Shown: positions 36,569 to 46,574, numbered from the stretch's first letter. The stretch is DNA of 64,000 bases from an uncultured Actinomycetota bacterium (GCA_963695625.1 CAVOHJ010000004.1:381743-445742); one strand, 5' to 3'. Notes: generated by a model from the sequence alone, not told the origin. Translations and numbers: made by a program.

Positions 36569-37249
36569 ATGCCCCGTCTCGTCGCCCCCATCCCGCCCGA
36601 TCGGCGCGTGCGCCGTTTCGCGCAGCTAGGCACCGGCCTCGTGCTCTACGGCGCGACGGCCTCGATGCTGGTACTCGCGGATCTGGGGCTCGACCCGTGG
36701 GATGTGTTTCACCAGGGCATGTCGCGCACATTCGGGCTGGGGATCGGCACATGGGCGATCATCGCCAGCGTGCTCGTCCTGGTGTGCGGCTGGGTGCCGC
36801 TGCACCAGCGGCCCGGCATCGGCACGATCACCAACGCCGTCGTGGTGGGTCTGGTGATGGACGTCATCCTCGCGGTGGTCCACCCGCCCCATGCGCTGTG
36901 GGCGCGCATCGCGCTGCTTGTCGGCGGCGTCATCGGCAACGGCTTTGCCACCGGCTTCTACATCGGCGCCGGCCTGGGCCCCGGCCCCCGTGACGGTCTC
37001 AGCACCGGCATCGCGGGGCGCGGCCACTCGATGCGCGTGGTGCGCACCACGATCGAGGGGTCGGTGCTCATCATCGGCTTCCTGCTCGGCGGCAGGGTGG
37101 GGGTGGGGACGGTCTTCTACGCGGTGGCCATCGGGCCGATCACCCACCACACGATCCCCGCGCTGGCGATCGGCCGCCGCAGGCCGCGCTCCCCGGCAGC
37201 GGAACCGGTGCCGGGGCGCTCGCTGGCATCGGCGCCGGCGCCCGAGTGA
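36569..37249 (+). CDS. YczE/YitT-like polytopic membrane protein, divergent from the MocR regulator
   Basis: About 5-6 TM helices. ...LGLDPWDVFHQG... and ...GPGPRDGL... motifs, typical of small membrane proteins paired with MocR regulators. Confidence 0.6.
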   Translation: MPRLVAPIPPDRRVRRFAQLGTGLVLYGATASMLVLADLGLDPWDVFHQGMSRTFGLGIGTWAIIASVLVLVCGWVPLHQRPGIGTITNAVVVGLVMDVILAVVHPPHALWARIALLVGGVIGNGFATGFYIGAGLGPGPRDGLSTGIAGRGHSMRVVRTTIEGSVLIIGFLLGGRVGVGTVFYAVAIGPITHHTIPALAIGRRRPRSPAAEPVPGRSLASAPAPE

Positions 37250-37318
37250 CACTCGCAGTGCTTCTGTGACACTGGCAGCCGACGCTGTCACTGACACCCG
37301 CCGCGCTACAACTGTCAG
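37246..37318 (+). promoter_or_regulatory. Phased GTGACA/TGTCA repeats upstream of rtcB
   Basis: GTGACACT at 37246-37253 and again at 37266-37273 (20-nt period). Palindromic TGTCACTGACA at 37286-37296. CTGTCAG at 37312-37318, just before ATG 37321. Confidence 0.45.
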
Positions 37319-37320
37319 CG

Positions 37321-38617
37321 ATGACGATCAAGACGTTCGGCCCGGTTGACGAGCGCAGCCTCCAGCAGCTCGAGCGGTGCATGGCCGCGGGCGACGCCGG
37401 TTACGGCGGCTCTGCGCCGACCACCACCCGGGCTACAGCCAGCCGATCGGCGGCGCGATCGCTACGAGGGCCACGTGTCACCGTCGGGCGTCGGATTTGA
37501 CATCGGGTGCGGCAATAAGGCCGTGCAGACCGCATTGACGCGCGCCGACCTCGAGGATCTTGGTGGCGTCGGAGCGATCATGCACGAGATCACCCGGCGC
37601 ATCTCGTTCGGGATGGGGGTGCCGGCGCGCGAGCGCGTGGACCACCCGGTGCTGGAGGGGATCCGCCACGCCGAGTTTGCGCCCCAGCGCAAGCTGGCCG
37701 GGCTCGCGGAGTCCCAGCTCGGGACGGTGGGGTCGGGCAACCACTACGTGAACCTCATGGAGGATGAGGAGGGCCGCGTGTGGGTTGGCGTGCACTTCGG
37801 CTCGCGCGGATTCGGGCACAAGACGGCCTCGGGCTTCCTGGCCCTGGCCCAGGGCCTGGCCTTCGACGGCCGCGCCCACGAGGGCGAGATGGACTCGCCG
37901 CCGGTCCTGCTGGAGCTGGGCACCGAGCTCGGCGACGCCTACATCGCGGCGATGCAGCTGGCCGGCGAGTACGCCTACGCCGGCCGTGACGTGGTGGTGG
38001 CCAAGGTGCTCGAGATCCTGTCGGCCGAGGCGGTCCACGAGGTGCACAACCACCACAACTTCGCCTGGCGCGAGGAGCATGGCGGGCGCGACTACTGGGT
38101 CGTCCGCAAGGGCTGCACACCGGCACAGCCGGGTCAGGAGGGCTTCGTCGGCGGCTCGATGGGTGACGACTCGGTGATCCTCGCGGGCGTCGCCTCCGAC
38201 GAGGCAACGGACGCGCTCTTCTCCACCGTGCATGGCGCCGGCCGGGTGATGAGCCGGACGCAGGCGGCGGGCCGCGTGCGGCGTCGCAAGCGATGGGCGT
38301 GCAGCAACCGCGACTGTCACCGGCGGTTCGAGTCAGCGGACGCTCGGTGTCCCGACCACCCCGGCTCGCGGATGATGAAGACGTGGGTGGCCGAGCAGCT
38401 CAAACCGGGTCTCGTCGACTGGCCCGCCGTTCAGGCGCGCCTGCGCGGCGAGGGGATCGTCCTGGTGGGCGGGGGCGCCGACGAGGCGCCCGAGGTCTAC
38501 AAGCGCCTGCCCGATGTGCTTGCGGCCCACGCCGGGTCGATCCGGGTGACCCGCACGCTGGGGCCGCTCGGGGTCGCCATGGCGGGCCGGGACGTGCACG
38601 ATCCCTACAAGGACTGA
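37321..38617 (+). pseudogene. rtcB: RtcB RNA ligase with two frameshifts in the first ~70 codons
   Basis: Frame 1 from ATG 37321 reads MTIKTFGPVDERSLQQLERCMAAGDAGYG. Frame 2 reads LCADHHPGYSQPIGGAIA. Frame 3 (ORF-track 37346 frame) reads YEGHVSPSGVGFDIGCGNK...GSGNHY...HNHHNF...HGAGR to the stop. Junctions are near 37405-37412 and 37458-37464. Confidence 0.8.
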
Positions 38618-38726
38618 GGGCTCGGCTCGCGGCATGGATGTGTGCCCCTTCTCACAGCACGCTTCGCCAGGTAAAGTGAAGATGCTGCACCGAGGGCAGC
38701 AGCAGCGAGGAAGAGAAGGGGGCGAC

Positions 38727-39173
38727 GTGTCGACGTGGACGACGCAAACGACGTGCAGTGGAACGCCGGACGACGTACTGGACCTGCTCACCGAGCCGGG
38801 GGCGATCGCGCGCTGGTCGCCGGTGCCGTTCACGCTCGTCGATCTCGAGCGGGAGCGGCTGAGCGCCGGTGACCGCGTGCGGGTTCGTGGCGAGCTCGCG
38901 GGCCGCGGCGTCGAGTTCCTGGTCGACGTGGCCAAGGCCGAGGATGGCCATCTCGCGCTGACGGCGACCGGGCCGATCCGGATCGACGTTGACTATCGCG
39001 TCGTCGGAGGTTCGCGCGGCAGCAGCCTGCGCGCCCGCATCGGGGTGGCCGGTAGCGGCCTGTTCGGCCGCGTCCTGGCCGGTGCCACCGATGCGCTGCT
39101 GGCGGCAGGCGCGCTGCGCATGGCGGTGGACCGCATCGCCGAAGAGCTGGAGCCGGCCGCGCTGGCGGCCTGA
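38727..39173 (+). CDS. SRPBCC (polyketide cyclase/START-like) family protein
   Basis: 148 aa from GTG 38727 with an AAGGGGG RBS. ...PDDVLDLLTEPGAIARWSP... has an SRPBCC-like N-terminus and there is a C-terminal long helix. Confidence 0.55.
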   Translation: MSTWTTQTTCSGTPDDVLDLLTEPGAIARWSPVPFTLVDLERERLSAGDRVRVRGELAGRGVEFLVDVAKAEDGHLALTATGPIRIDVDYRVVGGSRGSSLRARIGVAGSGLFGRVLAGATDALLAAGALRMAVDRIAEELEPAALAA

Positions 39174-39218
39174 CCGCCTCAGACAGGTCGCCGGCCGGCC
39201 GGCCCAGGACTCTCAAGC

Positions 39219-41168
39219 TCAGTCGCGATCCTCGTAGCCCTCCTTGGGCGGGCGACGCACGTCCATGACGTAGAGGACCTCCAGCCACCGGATCGTCCTC
39301 GCCGGCCGTCCCTCGGCTTCGGGATAGTGCGCGCCGACGTCCACGAGGAAGGCCTCGCCCACCTTCGCGTCGTCCGGGATGCGACCGCGGACCCTGAAGC
39401 TGGCCGGGTGCTCGTGGCTCGTGCGCAGCTCGTGATGCCGGCCCTCCTCCAAGCGCTCGAACTCCTCCTTCTCGGGCACGGAGATCGAGATCTCCAGCTC
39501 GGGCGCGGGCTTGAGCACGGAGCGAAGGCGGGGCGCCAGGAACAGCGGCAGGTGCGGCTCCGCCCCCAGGAACTGCAGCTCCTCACGTAGCTTTGCGGCC
39601 TCGCCCGTCTCCTCGAAGCGCAACGGGACCTTGGCCGTGATCACGTCGATGTGCACCGGCAGTTCCTCCCGGAACCACGGGAACACCGTGAACGGCAGGT
39701 GCCAGATGTGGCCCGGGCCGACGCCCATCGAGTCGGTGTTGCGCCACGCCGAGGCGTAGTGACTGGATCCCCCGGGCTGGGGGACCGTCGGGTCGGGCAC
39801 CTGGGCCGCGGTCGGCGCGTCGACGTTGATGAACGGCGCCGCTGCGTCGGAGAGGCTGACCACGGCGCATTGGTGGGTGCCGGCCGGGCCGGTGGGGAAA
39901 AGAACCGGTGACGACACCGTTGTGCCTCCGGGCTGGATCGTGGAGGGAACCTCGGCCAGAAGCGTCCCCGCGGTGCCGACGCCGCCCGGGAACGACCAGA
40001 ACCGCACGATGGTGTTGTACGCGCTGGTGCTCGCAGGCGGGTCGTTGTGGATGAAGGCCTTCATCGTGTAGTGACTGCTGGGCGTGAGCAGCGTGTCCCA
40101 GACACCCGGCGCGCCGCCGGGGAATATCTCGGTGCCGTTCATGTCAAAGAGGTGGATGTCGGGGCTCTGGTAGGTGCCGTTGCCGATGTACGGCTGCGGC
40201 TGCACGATGGCCGTGGGGAACACTTCGGCGTATTGGATCGCCAGGCCCGTCTCGTTAGCGGTCTGATTACCGCCGACGGCATACAGGCGTCCATCGGGAC
40301 CGAGCGCTGCCGCGAGGCTCGCCGTGGGTGTGGGGGTGGTGCTGGTGCCGGTGCTCAGCGACGTTGGCGATGTTGCCCAGCCCGTGGGCGAGGACCCGTC
40401 CCAGATGTACACGTCAGACGCCGGCGCGCCGCTGGCGTCGAGGCCGCCGATCGCGTAGATGAGCCCGCCGGGACCGACCGACGCGGCCAGCCAGGTCCGG
40501 CCGAGCGGCAGCGACTGGCCCGTCGTCCAGGTCCCGGAAACGGTGCTGAATACCTCGACGGTGTTGAGCGCGAGGCTGCCGGTGTTTTGTCCGCCGATCA
40601 CGTAGATGTAGTCGCCCAGAATGCAAGCCGCCAGGCCCTGGCGTGCCGTCGTCATCGGAGCCACCCCGCCCCACGTGTCGGTGGCCGGGTTGTAGCGCTC
40701 TACGCTGTTTGTCACCGACCCGCTCGTATCTACGACGCCTCCGATCGCGTAGATGTGGCCGTCCGCGGCGGCCACCGCGGCGTGGCCCGCCCGCGGCGTG
40801 CCGAGGTCGTGGCCGGCACTCCATGAGGTGGTGGCCGGGTTGTAGATGTTGTGGGTCGGGACCGGCACGACCACCGCACCGCCGCGGGTGCCGCCGATCA
40901 CGTGTACCTGGCCGGCGAGCGTCGCGGCAGCAAGCTTCGTCAGCGGCTGGCCCTGCAAAGTCGGCCCGTTCGCCCATGCCCCGGGCGCCGGAGCCGGCGT
41001 GAACACCTCCACCTGTCCGATCGCGGCACCGTTCTGCCCCGGGTCCCCGCCGATTGCATACAGCACCAGTCCGCTGCCGGGCGCCGGCGCGGGAGCAGTC
41101 ACCAGCGCCAGACTCTGACGGGCGCCGTTTGGCCCCGCCGGAAGAGGTGCTACCGCCGTCCACGTCAT
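39219..41168 (-). CDS. Kelch-repeat beta-propeller protein with a ~330-aa C-terminal region of unknown family
   Basis: Repeated ...Y(A/V)IGG... blades (LYAIGG, VHVIGG, IYAIGG, IYVIGG, IYAIGG, LYAVGG). ATG at 41168 (MTWTAVAPLP). The upstream part of the ORF-track model is rejected. Confidence 0.8.
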   Translation of the reverse strand: MTWTAVAPLPAGPNGARQSLALVTAPAPAPGSGLVLYAIGGDPGQNGAAIGQVEVFTPAPAPGAWANGPTLQGQPLTKLAAATLAGQVHVIGGTRGGAVVVPVPTHNIYNPATTSWSAGHDLGTPRAGHAAVAAADGHIYAIGGVVDTSGSVTNSVERYNPATDTWGGVAPMTTARQGLAACILGDYIYVIGGQNTGSLALNTVEVFSTVSGTWTTGQSLPLGRTWLAASVGPGGLIYAIGGLDASGAPASDVYIWDGSSPTGWATSPTSLSTGTSTTPTPTASLAAALGPDGRLYAVGGNQTANETGLAIQYAEVFPTAIVQPQPYIGNGTYQSPDIHLFDMNGTEIFPGGAPGVWDTLLTPSSHYTMKAFIHNDPPASTSAYNTIVRFWSFPGGVGTAGTLLAEVPSTIQPGGTTVSSPVLFPTGPAGTHQCAVVSLSDAAAPFINVDAPTAAQVPDPTVPQPGGSSHYASAWRNTDSMGVGPGHIWHLPFTVFPWFREELPVHIDVITAKVPLRFEETGEAAKLREELQFLGAEPHLPLFLAPRLRSVLKPAPELEISISVPEKEEFERLEEGRHHELRTSHEHPASFRVRGRIPDDAKVGEAFLVDVGAHYPEAEGRPARTIRWLEVLYVMDVRRPPKEGYEDRD

Positions 41169-41381
41169 GACATTCCCCCGGTCTTGAGAACGCGCGGTGC
41201 CATGCCCCAGACGGAGCCGCCATGGTGCTGGGTCCCCCGCGCTCGTCGCTGGCCCCGCGCGCCGATCGTATCCCACGTCCACGGAGGTGTGGACGATTTC
41301 ACCCCAGGGGGGATGGATTTGTGACACATCGGGTGCCAAGGTTGAATGGGACACGACGCCGGGGGATAACAGGTGGGGACC

Positions 41382-44204
41382 ATGAGCATTGTGGGCGCGC
41401 GCGTCACGCGTGCCCTTGTCTGTGTGGGTGCGGCCTGGGCGCTGGCGTGGGTCGTGCTGCTGCATCTCGTCGGGCCGCCGGCCATCAGCGGCCCGTCCAC
41501 TTTGACCGCGCCGGCGCCGCCGCTCGGCCCGCACGCGGTGCAGTCGCTGCCGCCGGCGGCGCAGTCGCTGATATCGGCCACGCTCGGCGCGTCCGACGGC
41601 CGGTTCAACGCGCGGCACTCCGCGGCCGGCTGGCGACTGCAGGGCGGGGGTGTGAGCGCCACGTTTGGCGGCGGCCCCGCGCGACTGCGCACCGCCGGCG
41701 GCACGCTGTCGCTCTCGCTGGCCGGCCCGCCGGTGACATCGATGACCGCGCGCGGGAACCGGGTCACACTGGAGCGCTCCGGCCTCCGGGAGTGGTACGT
41801 CGCCGGCCCGATGGGCATCGAGCAGGGCTTCACGCTGGCCCATCGTCCCGCCGGGACGCGGGACCATGAGCTGACGCTGTCAGTCGCGGTCGGCGGCTCA
41901 CTGCGCCCGCGGTCTGACGCATCCGAGATCGCCTTCCAGGGATCGGGTCACGAGATCGTGGCTCGATATGGGGCTCTGACCGCGGTCGACGCCGCCGGGC
42001 ATCGGCTGCCGGCCGCGCTGCGCGTGAGCGGCGGGCACGTGCTCATCGCCGTCGACGATCGCGGCGCGCGCTACCCGCTCACGATCGATCCGCTTGTCCA
42101 GCAGGGCGCCAAGCTCACCGGCGGCAACGAGAGCGGCCCCGGGTCCTTTGGCGCGAGCGTCGCCCTGTCGGCCGACGGCAACACCGCGTTGGTCGGCGGC
42201 AATACCGATCATGGCGCTAACGGCGCCGCCTGGGTGTTCACGCGGTCGGGCGGGACCTGGAGCCAGCAGGGCCCAAAGCTGACCGGCGGCGGCACCGCAG
42301 CGGGGTTCGGCTCAAGCGTGGCCCTGTCCGCGGATGGCAACACCGCCCTGATCGGCGCCAGCTTCGACGGCACCTCGGGCTCGGCATGGGTGTTCACGCG
42401 CTCGGGGTCGACATGGACGCCGCAGGGCGGCGCGTTGACCGGGGCCGGCGCCACGTCCGGTGCCGGGTTCGGCTCCAGCGTGGCCCTGTCGTCGAACGGC
42501 AGCACCGCCCTCGTGGGCGCGCCGTTCGACGGCTCGGGCAACGCCGGCGCCGCGTGGGCGTTCACGCGCAACAACGGCACATGGGCTCCGCTGGGGTCGG
42601 CGCTGACCGGCGACCCCGCCGCGGGATTCGGCGCCAGCGTGGCGCTGTCGCAGGACGGCGTGACGGCGCTGATCGGCGGCAGCAGTGACGCCAGCGGCAA
42701 GGGTGCGGCGTGGGTCTTCACCTCCAATGGCAGCGCCTTCGCCCAGCAGGCGAGGCTCACTGCTGCCGCTGACGAGGCAGGCAACGGTGCCTTCGGCTCC
42801 AGCGTGGCGCTGTCGGCCGACGGCAACACGGCGCTGATCGGGGGACCGAGCGACAACATCAACCAACTGGGCCAGGGCGCGGCGTGGGTCTTCACGCGCT
42901 TGAATTCCATCTGGGGCGAGCAGGCCAAGTTCACCGGTAGCGACGCCGGGATGAGCAGCAACTTCGGCTCCGGGGTGGCGCTGTCCTCGGACGGCAACCT
43001 CGCGCTCGTGGGCGGCCAGGCGGACGGCGGGGGGACCGGCGCCGCGTGGACCTTCGCGCGGTCGGGATCGACCTGGGCGCAGCAGGGATCCAAGCTCACC
43101 GGCCAGGGCGAGAACCTGGCGGGCCGGTTCGGGCACAGCGTGGCGCTGGCCGCCGACGGTCAGACGGCCATGATCGGCGGCAACAACGATGGCGCGACCG
43201 CCGCAACTGGGGCCGCGTGGGTGTTCGCGCCGCCGGCGCCCACTTGCGCACCCACCTCGGCGACGGCGCCGGCCGGTGGGGGAGCGGTCGCACTGTCGCT
43301 GCCGTGCAGCGGTCCGGGGGGCGCTGGGCTCAGCTACGCCATCGTGTCCGGTTCGGCCCACGGAAGCCTGGGCGCCGTCGGGGCGGACGGCCGGGTCACC
43401 TACACCTCACAGCCAGGGTACGTGGGCGGCGACACCTTCAGCTACCGCGTCAGCGACACGTGGGGCGTGTCCAACACCGGGACCGCCACGATCACCGTGC
43501 CGCCATTCGCGGCGCCGACGTGCTCCAACGTCAGTGCCCACGGCCCCAAGGGCGGAACCCGCGTGACCGTCACTCTGTCGTGCGGCGCTCCGGCCGGCGT
43601 CCGGATGTCCTACGTCATCGTGACCGCCCCCGGCGACGGCAAGCTCGGCAAGATCGACGAGACCAGCGGCCGCGTCACCTACATCGCGCCCGTGGGCTTC
43701 AGTGGAACGGACCGGTTCATCTACCGCGCCACGGACGTCGGCGGACGATCGGCCACGGCCACCGCGACGATCGTCCTGCCCAAGCTTGACCGCATCACCG
43801 CGACTATGAACTGGGACTTCGACCCGACGCTCGCGACGCACACCGTGGTCAACTCGATGATCGTCAAGGGCGTGCCGGGCGGCGCGAAGGTGCTCTTGTC
43901 GTGTAAGGGCAAGGGCGAATGCCCGATCGCGAAGCACACGGTGTCGGTCCCCAAGCAGCGGGTCTGCACGGGCAAGGGCAAGAAGCGCCGGTGCCGGAGG
44001 GTTGCGCCGAAGGTGGGCAACGTCGACCTGACGTCGTTGGTCCGCCACAAGCGCGTGAAGGTGGGCGCTCAGATCGTCGTGGCGATGGCGCAGCCGGGAT
44101 GGATCGGCAAGGAGTACGTGTTCACGATCGTGAAGAGCCACCAGCCGTCGAACCGGATCCTGTCGCTGGCGCCCGGCAGCACCGCTCCCTGCCCCGGCTG
44201 CTGA
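41382..44204 (+). CDS. Secreted/membrane-anchored FG-GAP-type repeat protein with Ig-like domains and a Cys-rich basic C-terminal domain
   Basis: N-terminal hydrophobic helix. About 10 repeats of FG.SVALS.DGNTAL(I/V)GG...GAAWVF(T)RSG.TW.QQ..KLTG. Two DTFSYRV/DRFIYRA Ig-like modules. C-terminal ...CTGKGKKRRCRR...APCPGC. Confidence 0.85.
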   Translation: MSIVGARVTRALVCVGAAWALAWVVLLHLVGPPAISGPSTLTAPAPPLGPHAVQSLPPAAQSLISATLGASDGRFNARHSAAGWRLQGGGVSATFGGGPARLRTAGGTLSLSLAGPPVTSMTARGNRVTLERSGLREWYVAGPMGIEQGFTLAHRPAGTRDHELTLSVAVGGSLRPRSDASEIAFQGSGHEIVARYGALTAVDAAGHRLPAALRVSGGHVLIAVDDRGARYPLTIDPLVQQGAKLTGGNESGPGSFGASVALSADGNTALVGGNTDHGANGAAWVFTRSGGTWSQQGPKLTGGGTAAGFGSSVALSADGNTALIGASFDGTSGSAWVFTRSGSTWTPQGGALTGAGATSGAGFGSSVALSSNGSTALVGAPFDGSGNAGAAWAFTRNNGTWAPLGSALTGDPAAGFGASVALSQDGVTALIGGSSDASGKGAAWVFTSNGSAFAQQARLTAAADEAGNGAFGSSVALSADGNTALIGGPSDNINQLGQGAAWVFTRLNSIWGEQAKFTGSDAGMSSNFGSGVALSSDGNLALVGGQADGGGTGAAWTFARSGSTWAQQGSKLTGQGENLAGRFGHSVALAADGQTAMIGGNNDGATAATGAAWVFAPPAPTCAPTSATAPAGGGAVALSLPCSGPGGAGLSYAIVSGSAHGSLGAVGADGRVTYTSQPGYVGGDTFSYRVSDTWGVSNTGTATITVPPFAAPTCSNVSAHGPKGGTRVTVTLSCGAPAGVRMSYVIVTAPGDGKLGKIDETSGRVTYIAPVGFSGTDRFIYRATDVGGRSATATATIVLPKLDRITATMNWDFDPTLATHTVVNSMIVKGVPGGAKVLLSCKGKGECPIAKHTVSVPKQRVCTGKGKKRRCRRVAPKVGNVDLTSLVRHKRVKVGAQIVVAMAQPGWIGKEYVFTIVKSHQPSNRILSLAPGSTAPCPGC

Positions 44205-44238
44205 GCCGCGCGCGCCGCAGCACGACCGGCTTCTCCGC

Positions 44239-45432
44239 CTACGTGAAGGCTGAGAGGCCGGTCAGATCCCGGCCGAGGATGAGGGACTGGACGCTGTCGG
44301 TGCCCTCGTAGGTCTCGACGATCTCCAGGTCGGTGAGGTGGCGGGCGACATGGTAATCCAGCAACAGTCCGTTGCCGCCCAGGATGTCCCGCGCCTCCGA
44401 GCACACGAGCTTGGCCTTGCGGGCGTTGTGCAGCTTGGCCAGCGACGCCATCGGGCCGGTCATCGCGTCCTGCTCCTGGAGCCGGGCGAGCTGGACGCAG
44501 ATCAGCTGCATGGCCGTGGTCTCGGCCACCATCGTCGCCAGCTTGGCCTGGACCAGTTGAAAGCCGGCGATCGGCTTTCCGAATTGCGTGCGCTCCGCGG
44601 CATAGGCCACGGCCGCCTCGAGGCCCGCCATCGCATGTCCCACGCACTCCCAGGCTGCGCCGCCACGTGTCTGGTCCAGGACGCGCGTCGCGTCCTCGAA
44701 CGTGTCCGCGTCCGCGAGCCTGTTCTCCGCCGGGACGCGCACGTCGCTCAGCGCGATCTCGGCCTGCCACACCGCGCGCTTGCCCATCTTGCCGGTGATG
44801 ACGGTGGAGGCGTCAAAGCCCGCGGTGCCCTTCTCCACCACGTAGGCGCCGACATCGCCCTCGTCGTCGCGCGCCCAGACGATCACGAGGTCGGCGAACG
44901 AGGCGTTGCCGATCCATCGCTTGGCGCCGTTGAGGACGTAGGCGTTCCCGTGGCGGCGCGCCGTGGTCTCGAGGGAGACGGAATCCGAGCCGTGCTGGGG
45001 CTCGGTCAGCGCGAAGGCCCCGATCAGCTCGAGCCGCGCCATCGGCGGCAGCCATCGGGACCGTTGCTCGTCGGAGCCCAGCAGCGCGATCGAGCCCATG
45101 GCCAGACCGGAGTGCACGGCGAAGAACGTGTTCAGGCTGCCGTCGGCGCGGGCCAACTCGCGCGACACGATCCCCGCGGCCAGCCGCGACATTCCCGGAC
45201 ACCCGTAGCCGTCGATCGTCGTGCCGGCTACTCCGAGCTCCGCGAGCTTGGGGACGAGCTCGAAGGGAAACGCGGCTCGCTCCCAGTAGTCGTTGATGAC
45301 GGGGAGAACCTCGTGTTCGCCAAACGCGCGGATCCGGTCGCGGATCGCGCGCTCGGCGTCGGTCAGCTGTTCATCGAGGCGGTAGTAGTCGGCGGCGCGG
45401 GTGGCTCGGTGCTGGTCAGCGTCGGCGGTCAT
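44239..45432 (-). CDS. Acyl-CoA dehydrogenase (glutaryl-CoA dehydrogenase-like)
   Basis: ...FALTEPQHGSD..., ...KRWIGNA..., ...ERTQFGKPIAGFQLVQ..., ...TYEGT... ACAD motifs. ATG at 45432. Confidence 0.9.
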   Translation of the reverse strand: MTADADQHRATRAADYYRLDEQLTDAERAIRDRIRAFGEHEVLPVINDYWERAAFPFELVPKLAELGVAGTTIDGYGCPGMSRLAAGIVSRELARADGSLNTFFAVHSGLAMGSIALLGSDEQRSRWLPPMARLELIGAFALTEPQHGSDSVSLETTARRHGNAYVLNGAKRWIGNASFADLVIVWARDDEGDVGAYVVEKGTAGFDASTVITGKMGKRAVWQAEIALSDVRVPAENRLADADTFEDATRVLDQTRGGAAWECVGHAMAGLEAAVAYAAERTQFGKPIAGFQLVQAKLATMVAETTAMQLICVQLARLQEQDAMTGPMASLAKLHNARKAKLVCSEARDILGGNGLLLDYHVARHLTDLEIVETYEGTDSVQSLILGRDLTGLSAFT

Positions 45433-45493
45433 CAGGCGTGGTCTTACCCGCTGTAGGCTGCCGCTCACGTCAATTGCGTTGGGAGGAACCACG

Positions 45494-46507
45494 ATGGATG
45501 CCGTCAACCGCCAGGTCCGTCTCGCCGCGCGCCCGGTCGGGCTGCCCAAGCCCACTGACTGGGACCACACGGAGGAGCCCGTGGGCGAGCCTGGCGAGGG
45601 CGAGGTGCTGGTCAAGGTCAAGTACCTGTCGCTGGATCCGGCGATGCGGGGGTGGATGAACGAGGGCCGCTCCTACATCCCTCCGGTCGGCATCGGCGAG
45701 GTCATGCGCGCGGGCGGGTGCGGCGAGGTGATCGAGTCGCGGCATCCCGGGTTTGCGCCCGGCGACCACGTCACCGGGATCACCGGGATCCAGGAGCACG
45801 CCGTGCTTGCCGGCGATGGGGTGATCAAGGTCGACCCGGGGCTCGCCCCGCTGCCGGTCTACCTGGGCACCCTCGGCATGCCGGGCTTGACCGCCTACTT
45901 CGGGCTCCTGGACATCGGCAAGCCAAAGGAGGGCGACACGGTCGTCGTCTCGGGCGCGGCGGGGGCCGTCGGCAGCGTCGTGGGCCAGATCGCCAAGATC
46001 AAGGGCTGCCGCGCCGTCGGGATCGCCGGGGGCGAGGAGAAGTGCCGCCACATCGTGGATGAGCTCGGGTTCGACGCGGCGATCGACTACAAGTCCGAGA
46101 GCGTCCTCGCGGGGCTGCGTCGGGAGTGCCCTCACGGGATCGACGTCTACTTCGACAACGTCGGCGGCGAGATCCTGGACGCCGCGCTGGCCTGCCTCGC
46201 CCGCGGCGCTCGGGTGCCGCTGTGCGGCGCGATCTCGCAGTACAACGCTGAGGGCGGGATGCGTGGGCCGTCCAACTACATGTCGCTGCTGGTCAATCGC
46301 GCCACCATGACCGGCTTCCTCGTCTTCGACTTCGCCGCGCGCTATGGCGAGGCGGCGCAGGAGATGGCCGGCTGGATGAAGGAGGGCCGGCTGAAGTCCT
46401 TCGAGGACGTCGCGACCGGCGGCGTGGAGCACTTCCCCGACACCCTGCTGCGCCTGTTCCGCGGCGAGAACCTGGGCAAGCTCGTCCTCGAGGTCAGCCC
46501 GGACTGA
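45494..46507 (+). CDS. NADP-dependent oxidoreductase, medium-chain dehydrogenase/reductase (YncB/PTGR-like)
   Basis: GGGAGGA RBS. ...VKYLSLDPAMRGWM..., GAAGAVGSVVGQIAK (Rossmann), ...GENLGKLVLEV end. Confidence 0.88.
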   Translation: MDAVNRQVRLAARPVGLPKPTDWDHTEEPVGEPGEGEVLVKVKYLSLDPAMRGWMNEGRSYIPPVGIGEVMRAGGCGEVIESRHPGFAPGDHVTGITGIQEHAVLAGDGVIKVDPGLAPLPVYLGTLGMPGLTAYFGLLDIGKPKEGDTVVVSGAAGAVGSVVGQIAKIKGCRAVGIAGGEEKCRHIVDELGFDAAIDYKSESVLAGLRRECPHGIDVYFDNVGGEILDAALACLARGARVPLCGAISQYNAEGGMRGPSNYMSLLVNRATMTGFLVFDFAARYGEAAQEMAGWMKEGRLKSFEDVATGGVEHFPDTLLRLFRGENLGKLVLEVSPD

Positions 46508-46537
46508 CAGCAGGCCGCGGCGCGGCGGGCCGCCCCG

Positions 46538-46558
46538 CCCCGCCGCGGCGCGGCGGGG
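46538..46558 (+). terminator. GC-rich hairpin downstream of the oxidoreductase gene (possible intrinsic terminator, no U-tract)
   Basis: CCCCGCCGCGGCGCGGCGGGG is self-complementary (CCCCGCCG...CGGCGGGG). Located 31 nt after the stop codon. Confidence 0.3.
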
Positions 46559-46574
46559 CCGTTCACGGGGACCT

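Noticed and set aside
41169-41867. Upstream 233-codon extension of the Kelch ORF (882-aa model); similarly 35054-35536 for the GNAT gene and 18995-19312 for the ECF sigma
   Set aside because: The extensions are Arg/Pro/Gly-rich with no motif content. Internal starts with plausible RBSs coincide with the beginning of recognisable domains.
46511-46560. Direct GC-rich repeat GCCGCGGCGCGGCGGG x2 (similar string near 49812-49835) as a dispersed repeat family
   Set aside because: The sequences are short and low-complexity (GC only). They are adequately explained as terminator-like hairpin sequence, and two or three loose matches are not significant at this GC content.
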